Assembly: GCA_016748015.1 (NCBI GenBank)
Contig: JAAOMT010000697.1
Location: 1,073,152 to 1,137,151 of the forward strand
Direction: 5' to 3'
Source of the DNA: Geosiphon pyriformis uo1
Lineage: Eukaryota; Fungi; Glomeromycota
DNA: 64,000 nt
In this document: piece by piece, positions 27,152 through 37,596 of the stretch
How the letters are laid out: the number at the start of each line of letters is the position of its first letter
Numbering within the stretch: the first letter of the stretch is position 1
The notes under the pieces: generated by a model
Told to the model about the DNA's origin: nothing
The model's database searches: none
The model's input: only the letters and a program-made list of their open reading frames with translations
Position numbers and translations under genes: made by a program

Positions 27152-27487
27152 AAAACTTAATCAAAATGTAGTCTTGGCAATATTTTTGAAATTCTGATTA
27201 CTAATATTTTTAAATAAAAGATGTGTCTTGAAAGAATGCGATAAAAAGAAACTCACGACTAGTTATTATCTTTGATAAATATTTTATCTAAAATTTGAAT
27301 TTTATCTCTATTTTATGAATGTTTTTATATTTTCAAATAATGTAAAAATTGATATAGGATATAAAAACTTGGAACATTGTGATCTTTTAAAATCAATAAT
27401 TAAATTAGTGAAAAAGCAAATAAAATAATTTCAAGTGGGATCTTAATGCATATACTGTATATGTATTTTATTGGAATTTCCCTAATC

Positions 27488-27660
27488 TCTGATAATCTGA
27501 TTTTCATTATCAGAATAATAATAATAATAATAAATTCTTCATTCGGAAGAAAGATTCATTTCTGATAATCTGATTTTTCGTTATCAGAATAATATTTTAA
27601 TAATAATAATAATAATAAAAATAAAAATAAAAATAAATTCTTCATTCGGAAGAAAGATTC
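27488..27660. repeat. Tandem duplication (27488-27557 and 27561-27660), each unit with inverted GATA boxes
   Basis: TCTGATAA..TTATCAGA and TTCTTC-ATTCG-GAAGAA-AGATTC are each present twice. Confidence 0.85.
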
Positions 27661-27775
27661 TTACTTATAAAATACTTTTACATTCATAAATATTACTTAA
27701 ATTCAAAAAATCATTTTTCATTATATGAAAATAAAGTTATTTCTTCAAATCCTTTAAATTTGATTAAAAAAAAAG

Positions 27776-28744
27776 ATGTCAAAATTCAAAACGTTTCAAT
27801 ATCAATTCAGATATTTGTATTATTTTGGCTCTTTAAAATTTTTACTATTATTAACATTTATTCTTAATATAATTTTCTACTTAGTGAAAGCTTCACCATT
27901 GAATAATTCTCAATATAAAGAGTTTCCTAATTTTAATGAAAACCTTGATTCCTTTAGTGAAATAAATTTTTCCAATAATCCTATTATTAATATTTTTCAG
28001 GAAAAAAATAATGATTACATTTCACAAATATCTTTTGACAAAGAATATTATAGCTCAGGTAAACCATTAAAAAAGAACTAATTAATTCTCTTTATCTTTA
28101 GAAGATAAAAAAATTTTTTTTTTTTTTTTGACTTTTCATTCGAAATCTTTTTCAGAGTCTAGCAATCGTGAAATCAATGATAATTTTCTAACACAGAACT
28201 TCAATGATGATGATGATGATGATGGTAATTTGTCTCAATTAATTCTAAAACCAATTCAACTTGTCGCATCACAGTTAGTACCAGTAAGTAAACCCGAGTT
28301 AGACGATCTTGGTAAATATGCTAAAATAGCAAAAGAAGCTTTTTGTTACCGAAAACAGATCATGTTTCGGAAAAAGGGAATATGGCGTAAGTTATATTTA
28401 GAATTTTTTACCATTATTATGATATATATGATTATTATAACCAAAAAAATTTTTATATAATTTTTTTTTTTTTCAAACAGAAAGACTACATATTTCAAAT
28501 AATGAACTAATAATAAGTTTTGGAGGAAATGAGGATGAACTTTCAGATGATCTTGAAGCTTCAAATAATGATAATATGGTTGGCTTTCCAGACCCAAAAA
28601 TTCTTTCTGGAGCAAAAATAAGCAAAAGATTTTATAATAATTATCTACTTTGGAGTGATAAATATTATTCTAGTGTTTCTAATTTTATAAATAACACCAA
28701 TTTACCAAAGATTACAATTACCGGATTTGGTTCTGGAGGAGGTA

Positions 28745-28781
<37 letters not shown>

Positions 28782-29329
28782 GTAAAAAAATCTTTTAATT
28801 TTAAAATATTTTACTAAATTTCTAATTTTTTATTTTATTTTATTTTATCCAAGTTTATGCACAATTACTTGCACTCAGTTTAAAACTTGATTTAAACTCT
28901 AAAAGGATTTCTTGGCCATTAGTAATTACATTCGGTCAACCTCGAATTGGTAACAAAGAATTCGCAAATCTTGTAGAACATAAAACAACTCCTTATCGTG
29001 TTATCAATCAACATGATGATATTCCTCGTGAACCAAAAGGTGATTATGTACATGGCGGTTTGGAAATATGGTGTAGCGGTGTTGAAGGACCTGTTTTCTA
29101 TTGTCCTTTAAGAAGAAAAGATGGAATAATTATTGGTGAAAATGAGGTGAATTAAAAATTTTGAAATTTAAAAATAATGAAATCAAAAAAATTTCATTCA
29201 ATTAATTAAATTATTTTTATTGTCATACAGAACTGTAATAATAGAGAAAACTCGGACACATCTGATGCACATTCTGGAAATTATTTTTTTCATAATAATT
29301 TAATTGTTAATTTTTATTGTGTTTCTTAA
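27776..29329 (+). CDS. Second lipase class 3-like protein with probable signal peptide; nucleophile Ser replaced by Gly. Exons 27776-28058, 28156-28386, 28481-28741, 28854-29146, 29231-29329
   Basis: YAKIAKEAFC, LIISFGG, ITGFGSGG, ITFGQPRIGNKEFAN, RVINQHDDIPREP, YVHGGLEIW, AHSGNYF; intron positions shared with the upstream lipase. Confidence 0.87.
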
Positions 29330-30844
29330 TTGAATTAATTTCTGTTTATGTTTATATATATATATATTAAAACAGGAATTTATTTATTTTTTTTCCTATG
29401 GTTTTCATTTAAAGTGAAAAATTTTTTTTTTTTTTTTTCAGTTATGATAAAAGCTTTAAATTAGGAATTTTTTTTATCAATATAAATAATTTTAAAATAC
29501 GATTTATTGCAAATAATTTTACATTTTAATAATTAATTATTATAATCAATATTTATTATATAATAATAAATTTATAAAAAAATATATATATATATATAAA
29601 TTTCATTCTCTAAATATTTTTAAAAATTTAAAAATTTAATTACTATCTATTAAATCAATTAAATTTTAATTATTGTCAATTAATTCAAATTAAATTTTTA
29701 TTTTTAATAAAATTTTTAAGTAAAAAATTTACAATTATTAAAAATGTTTACAGTTTAAAAATAAAATTCTATTATAAAAGTTTTTTTTGTAATAAATATA
29801 TATATATATATTTTTATTAATTTCATCTAGTATTGTTCTTAATTTATTTATCTATTTTCTTTAAAAGTAAAAAATAAATAAATAAATAAATTCAAATTTT
29901 GATAATTTTTAACTAATTTTAATTAAATTATATATATATATCTTAATAATTCAATTTTAAAAATAGTTGATTTTTTTTTAAATCCTAATAATTCTAATTA
30001 TAACATAATTATTAATTATTTCATCGATAAAGATTTCAGAAATATTGATTCAATAAATTTTTTAAACAAAAAATAATTGTGTTTGTTTTTCAGTAAAAAT
30101 TAATACATAAATGAATTTATTAATTTCTAAAACACTCGTCAAATAATTTTTTTTATAAATTTTTGAAATTATGTCTGTTTCTAAATTTTTATCAATAGAC
30201 TAAAAAAATTTCATGATTTTTTTTACAAGTGTGAAACGTGTTTTTGAGAAATACCTTTAAAATACAACAAAAACAATTTTTTGATTTTATGAAAATTTGT
30301 CTTCATTTGATAAAGTGATTGATTTAGAACTGATAATGTAAAGTTAAAAAGGATAAAACAGATGATAATCAAATATCTTAGATTCTTCATTGAAACTAAT
30401 TGTTGGAGTTCAAGGAAAAAGGTAGATATGAAAGCAGAGGCTTGAAATAAATTAATTGTCAAAATCAAAGATAAAAATTTAATCAAGTGAGAACCTTAAT
30501 TCTTGTACTTTTTCTGGATTTGGTATTAAAAATACAATTTTTGGAAGCGGCTATGGGGTTTAGATAAGACAATCTGCTGAGAAATTTATCAATGAGCTAT
30601 TGAAACCAATCAACTCGTTGTAAAAAAAACTCCCCAATCAAAGTGTTAGGTTTTCATTTAGCATTCTTACGCCAAACGATCTCTATCTGTTTAAGCAAGC
30701 CTCTATTTTCAGAACTTTTTACCGTTTCAGATTTCTTCAAGGCCTAGCCTTTTCGGGAATGTGATTATAGATTGAAATCCTTATTTATTAACAAAGACGA
30801 ACTCTTTAAAAATCTTTCTTTACCCACACAAAAATATTCAAATC

Positions 30845-33800
30845 ATGTCTTTAACTTCATCAATTGAAAACACAGTTTCACCCCTCGGTTTGCTTGAAGG
30901 AGCATTGATTGTCATAAAAGAAAATTTGCCCATTTTCTCAGCTAGTAAATATTCAAAAGTTGCTAACTTGATGAAAATATATCTTGAGCACAATCAGAAA
31001 ACACCTAAAGACTTATTCAATTACTTGAATAATAGAAGTTCAAAGCATTCGATAGACCATATTTTACTCGGCTTTTTTTTAGAACATGGGATTGGAACTA
31101 TTCCTAATTTAAGAAAAGCATTTCTAGAATTTCAGAAAGGAGCGAATGCAAAAGATTCTCTTGGCCAATTCTTCTTAGGACGTTGTTATGATAATGGAAT
31201 TGGTACTTTGCAAGATCGAAGAAAAGCATTTGAACTCTATTCAAAAGCTGCAGAGGCGGGTGATATAAATGCACAATTCAATCTTGGATTGCGTTATGAA
31301 AATGGATTGGAAACGACGAAAAATGAAGAAAAAGCATTTGAACTCTATTCAAAAGCTACAGAGGCGGGACATTTAGATGCACAATACCATCTTGCGTGGT
31401 GTTATGATTATGGATTGGGAACGACGGAAAATTCAGAAAAAGCATTTGAACTCTATTCAAAAGCTGCAGAGGCGGGAAATTTAGATGCAAAATATCATCT
31501 TGCATGGTGTTATGATAATGGAGAAGGAACGACAATAAATTCAGAAAAAGAATTTGAACTTTATTTAAAAGCTGTAGAGGCTGGAGATGCTGATGGAGAA
31601 GGAACGACGAAAAATTCAGACAAAGTATTTGAACTCTATTCAAAAGCTGCACAATACAATCTTGCACTTTGTTATGCTAATGGAGAAGGAACGACGAAAA
31701 ATGAAGAAAAAGCATTTGAACTTTTTTCAAAAGCTACAGAGGCGGGACATTTAGATGCACAATACCATCTTGCATTGTGTTATGATAATGGATTGAGAAC
31801 GACGAAAAATTCAGAAAAAGCATTTGAACTCTATTCAAAAGCTGCAGAGGCGGGATTTTTAGATGCACAATATCATCTTGCATGGTGTTATGATAATGGA
31901 GAAGGAACGACAAAAAATTCAGAAAAAGCATTTGAACTCTACTCAAAAGCTGCAGAGGCGGGATTTTTAGATGCACAATACAATCTTGCACTTTGTTATG
32001 CTAAAGGAGAAGGAACAACGAAAAATTCAGAAAAAGCATTTGAACTCTATTCAAAAGCTGCAGAGGCGGGAAATTTAGATGCACAATTCAATCTCGCAGT
32101 TTGTTATGATAATGGAGAAGGAACGACAAAAAATTCAGAAACAGCATTCGAACTCTATTCAAAAGCTGCAGAGGCGGGACATGTAAATACACAATACCAT
32201 CTTGCATGTTGTTATGATAATGGAGAAGGAACGACAAAAAATTCAGAAAAAGCATTTGAACTCTACTCAAAAGCTACAGAGGCGGGACATGTAGTTGCAC
32301 AATGCAATCTTGCATGGTGTTATGAAAATGGATTGGGAACGACGAAAAATTCAGAAAAAGCATTTGAACTTTATTTAAAAGCTATAGAGGCCGGAGATGC
32401 TGATGGAGAAGGAACGACGAAAAATTCAGAAAAAGCATTTGAACTCTATTCAAAAGCTGCACAATACAATCTTGCACTTTGTTATGCTAATGGAGAAGGA
32501 ACGACGAAAAATGAAGAAAAAGCATTTGAACTCTATTCAAAAGCTACAGAGGCGGGACATTTAGATGCACAATACCATCTTGCATGGTGTTATGATAATG
32601 GATTGGGAACGACGAAAAATGAAGAAAAAGCATTTGAACTCTATTCAAAAGCTGCAGAGGCGGGACATGTAAATGCACAATATCATCTTGCATGGTGTTA
32701 TGATAATGGAGAAGGAACGACAAAAAATTCAGAAAAAGCATTTGAACTCTATTCAAAAGCTACAGAGGCGGGACATTTAGATGCACAATACAATCTTGCA
32801 CTTTGTTATGCTAAAGGAGAAGGAACAACGAAAAATTCAGAAAAAGCATTTGAACTCTATTCAAAAGCTGCAGAGGCGGGAAATTTAGATGCACAATTCA
32901 ATCTCGCAGTTTGTTATGATAATGGAGAAGGAACGACAAAAAATTCAGAAAAAGCATTCGAACTCTATTCAAAAACTGCAGAGGCGGGACATTCAGATGG
33001 ACAATACAATCTGGCAGTTTGTTATGATATTGGAAGGGGAACGACAAAAAATCCAGAAAAAGCATTTGAACTCTATTCAGAAGCAGCAGAGGCAGGAAGT
33101 TTACTTGGACAAATCGCTCTTAGAGATTATTATCGATTGGAAGATCCGGAAAAAGTGGGAAATCCTAGCACACAAACAAGTATTGAAACGTACTGTCGAA
33201 ATGGATGGGAAATAGTGAAAAATCTGGAAGAAACGTTTCAATTCTTTTTAAAAACAGCAGAGGCGGGAAATCAAAATGCACAATATAACCTTGGATGGTG
33301 TTATCAAAGTGGATGGGGAACCACAAAAAACCTAGAAAAAGCCTTTGAACTCTATTTAAAAGCAGCAGGAGCAAATAACTTATGTTTTCAAAGTGATTTT
33401 CCTGATTTGAATGTCCATGACCTTACTTTAGTGGATCAAAACAATCTGGAATATAACCTTTTACGATTTCAAAATCAGGGCTTTATATATTCAGATGATT
33501 TCAACGGAGAATTTTTAGATTTTGAAGCTTTCTTTGACCAGCTTTCAGATGAATTCAAATGTTTTAAATGTGGCAACTTGGGTATAATCATCATTAATAG
33601 ATCTATTATATGTCCATTTTGTGACACTGATAAAAGTGATGATATCATTAAAGGAGGGTTGCCGAAATGTCTAGAATGCGATAGAACATTAAAAGATCCA
33701 CTTTGGTGTCAATCTTGTGAATATCCACGATTATTAAACATTCGTGGAATATGGAGTAGCGGAAATAATAATGTTGATCATTATATACGATATACACAGT

Positions 33801-35081
33801 GGAAGTCTGAAAACTGCAGAGCATGTCTAGAATGGATTTCACCCGATGAGATTGAATTTTTGAATAAAGTGGGAGAGGGAGGATTTGGCGTTGTTAAAAA
33901 AGGTAGTTGGGAGAGAGGCAGAATTCTATTTTGGGAAATGAAAACTCAAAAGTATGAACGAACTGGGGTTACAAAGGTTGCTTTGAAGTATCTTAAAGAT
34001 AGTCAGAATATAAAATTTATTAATTCAGATGAGGTATTTCCTTTTAAGAAATTTATGTGATTTTTATTGTTCTAATTTCTTTTTCTAACACTAGAAAATC
34101 ATTGAAATAGTTTCTTGCGCATCTTAAAAGTGCCTCTTGCAAATACATCCTTGAATGCTATGGAATAACCAAAGATGTTACAACCGATGAATTTGTTATG
34201 GTATTACCATTTGCGGAACACGGGGACCTCAGAGCTTTTCTCATGTTGAACAAAGATATTCTTAATTGGGACATGTTTCTTCGTATTCTTTTTCAAATCG
34301 CTGGTGGCCTAAGATTTATACATGACTCAAAACTGGTTCATGGGGACTTGCATCCTGGAAATATCCTTGCTTTGAAAACAACACCCTTAAAAGTTGTCAT
34401 TTCTGATCTTGGACTCTGTCGTCCTGCGGATGACACTCCACAGTCTGGAAAAATTTATGGTGTTCTTGAGTATCTTGCGCCAGAAATTTGCAAAGGTGGT
34501 TCTCATACTAAGTATAGCGATATATACAGCTTTGCTATCATTTCATGTGAAATTATATCGGGAGAAAGACCTTATAATAATATAGATCCTATTCACGTGC
34601 TACTTGATGTGATTAAGGGAAAGCGTCCTACAATCAAGAAACATACACCTCAATGTATTCAGGAAATAATTGAAAAAAATTGGCAATATGATCCGTCTTG
34701 TCGTGATAGTGCTGAAGAACTTCAACAAAGAGTTATTGCTGCTCGCGATAATTGTCATTTAAATGAACTCGTCCGTGAGAAAAGACTTAGTTCTGAAGAC
34801 ATAAAAGGTGCTCAACATGATGCAACAAGATATAAAAGTCAATTAATCTCAAACTTTACATGTTCAATGAGTGGTAAGACTTTCATTTATCATATTTAAT
34901 GTTTAAGAATTTTTCTGATTTAAGCGTCTTTTTTCCAGATCTGGATTGTTCTACTAGCATTAGTCATACGAATAAAGACACACTTGACCAAATCAGTAAG
35001 CACTTTCAATTTATTTTAAAAATGATATTAATTGTTTTTTATCAATATTTAACTATAAAATGGTTTGAAATAGATGAATAA
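30845..35081 (+). CDS. Protein with about 20 Sel1-like repeats, a Cys-rich linker and a tyrosine-kinase-like kinase; exons 30845-34033, 34111-34873, 34939-34995, 35074-35081
   Basis: 36-aa repeats AQYxLAxCYxNGEGTTKNSEKAFELYSKAAEAG; CFKC/CPFC/CLEC/CQSC; GEGGFGVV, VALK, HGDLHPGN, DLG, YLAPE, SDIYSF; in-frame GT-AG introns. Confidence 0.93.
31180..33370 (+). repeat. 108-bp coding tandem repeat array (Sel1) containing an 810-bp higher-order duplication
   Basis: Recurrent aaaagcatttgaactctattcaaaagctgcagaggcggga. The aberrant unit gctgatggagaagga occurs at about 31589 and about 32399. Confidence 0.95.
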
Positions 35082-35238
35082 TTTGAACGAAGAATTGGTT
35101 GTTTATAAAAATTATTATATATGGTTTTATTAGTAAAGGCAATTTAAAACGCATTTATTTAATTCAGGATTTTGTGGGTTGAGAATATTTTAGGCAAAAA
35201 ATTTTGGACTCAATGTCTTAGCTTAGACTTTGTTTTGC

Positions 35239-35347
35239 TAGATAGTGTCATCTTGATTGGCTTGGATGGCTGGCCACATGTAGAAAGTGCATGAGCTGCG
35301 TTTATTGTAGAACATGTATAAGTTTTGTGTGTACATAGATAGTGTCA
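35239..35347 (+). mobile_element. Short fragment of the LINE-type 3' end
   Basis: tcttgattggcttggatggctggccacatgtag resembles tcttgactggtttgagtggctggtcacgtgtag at about 9006-9038; bracketed by the direct repeat TAGATAGTGTCA. Confidence 0.65.
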
Positions 35348-37176
35348 GTTTTTCTGAAAAAAATTTTCGTTTTTGATGAAATTAGTTATATAAATAAATT
35401 TTATGAATAATATCAAAAAATTCTTTACTCTAAAAAGAATCTAATAGTAATTTTTTGGTTATGAAAATAAAATAAAAAAGTTATATATTTATTTTTGATA
35501 ATGTCATAATAATTAGTTGACTGCTAAAAGGTTTTATTAAACAATATTATTGAATTAAAAATTCTTATCCGGATTTAATGCGTGTTGGTGCAATAATTTG
35601 TTTTTTTATTATAAAATTTATATGTAAAACTTGAAATATTCTCATAAAATCAGTTTAACTCAAATTTTGAATAGTTTGTAAAATCTTTAACCTAATTTTT
35701 TTAATCTTTTTTTAACTATTGCAAATTAAAAGTTTCTAAAACTGTAAACAAATAAAGTTTCAACAAAAATAAAAATAAAAAAAGTCAAGAATAAAAGTAA
35801 ATATAAATATATATTAAAGAATAAAGTAAAAAATTATATTAATATATATTATAGGTCATATTATAAATAGAAAAGATATATGATTATCTAATTTAAAAAT
35901 AACATAATTGTATAATTAAGAAATAAAAATAAATGAACTGTAAAATAAAATATTAATAAAATAATTAAAAAAATTACTTTAGAATAATATATATTTTTAA
36001 TTTGTTAGATTCTTAAAAATTTAACAATTTATGATTAAGATATTTTTCCCAAACCTATAGATTTAAAAATAGATTTATAAATATAATAGAGTTTTTTTTT
36101 GGATTTTAGATTCTTTTCATTTAAAATTATAACTTTTTTTTGTTATATTAAAATTAAAATTAAAAAATTTATATTTTTTTTGGTGTTATATTTTTTTCAA
36201 ACTATTTTAACAACAATCATATGTTATTTTTAATTTAAAATTTTTTTAACTCTAAAATTCAATATTTTATTATATATTTTATCAATATAATAATTATGTA
36301 AATAAATACCTTAAACATTTTCCCAATTATAAAATTAAACTATAAAAGCAAATAAATATGAAATTCTTCTTGGTTTTTATTATTTAATTTAAAATTATGT
36401 TAGTTAATCTTTGATTATTTAATATTTAATTATTCAATAGTTATTTCAACTCAAAGTTTCAAAATCTTTTATATAAAGACAAGAACTCACAGGAAAAATA
36501 GCAGAATTTATTAATTTCAACAAAAATTATACATAATACTGTGATAATCTTAAACAAGAATGATTTGCTGTAAAACTTCAAAGTCTTAAGGCTTAAAAAA
36601 TTATAAATTTTGAATTAGCCTTTAATTTTGACTGAATCACATTTTATGGATTCATCTCTTCATATTTCAGTACTTAGATATTAATACACTGGTGAAAATT
36701 ACATTATAGGTTTCAATATACTCAATTTCTTTGAGTAAATTTTACTGATTTTTTAAATATCTCTACTCAATAAAGTAATGCTGAATGCATCAAATTTTAT
36801 AATGGATTTAAAGCGTTTATACTTCAAAAATATATAACTTCAAGGCAAAGATATACAGGAATTAATTTTTGTAATTTAGATTTTATCTAACATATTCAAA
36901 TATCAACCGATATAAAATTTTAAACAAAATATTTGCCAAGTGAAATACAAAGATGATAATTTTGAAAATTTTAATTTAATGTGAATATCAAGGTAATATC
37001 GAGGTTTGGAATTTTCTTTAAAACAAAATCATGGGAATAACTAATTAATTAAATTGGTTTATCGACTCGCTGTAAACTTTATGCAAAGGAAATGTTATTA
37101 AATTTGTTATTACTGAACTGGCTAGACCATCTGTAATGTTAGGATTAGATTATACATTTAGAAAATTTATCATATT

Positions 37177-37510
37177 CAGCCTTTTTACGCCTTTTGCACT
37201 TTTACCCGTTTAAGCAATGTAAATGAGGGAATGAAATGGGCGTCTATTTTCAGCGTTTCAGATTTCTTTAAGGTCTAGCCTTTTCGGGAATGTGATTATA
37301 GGTTAAAAAAGAACCATCTGCAATCTTGGGAACTAGATTGTAGATTTAGGAAATTTATCAGTGAGCTATTGACAATAACAGCCTTTTTACGCCTTTGGAT
37401 TCCAAAAAATCTTTACCCGTTTAAACAATGTACGAAATAGGCGTCTATTTTCAGAACTTTCTAGCGTTTCAAGGTCAAGGCTTTTCGGGAATTTGATTAT
37501 AGGTTAAAAT
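37177..37510 (+). promoter_or_regulatory. Tandemly duplicated upstream segment (about 200-bp period), homologous to the upstream region of the 30845 gene
   Basis: cagcctttttacgccttt, tttacccgtttaa, gcgtctattttcag and cttttcgggaatntgattataggttaaaa each occur twice; related motifs at 30580-30790. Regulatory role is inferred from position only. Confidence 0.6.
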
Positions 37511-37596
37511 CCTTATTTATTAGCAAGATTAAATACTTCTTTACCCATCCAAAATATTGGAGGTTTAATAATTCATTTGTGTTGCTACAAAAAATC

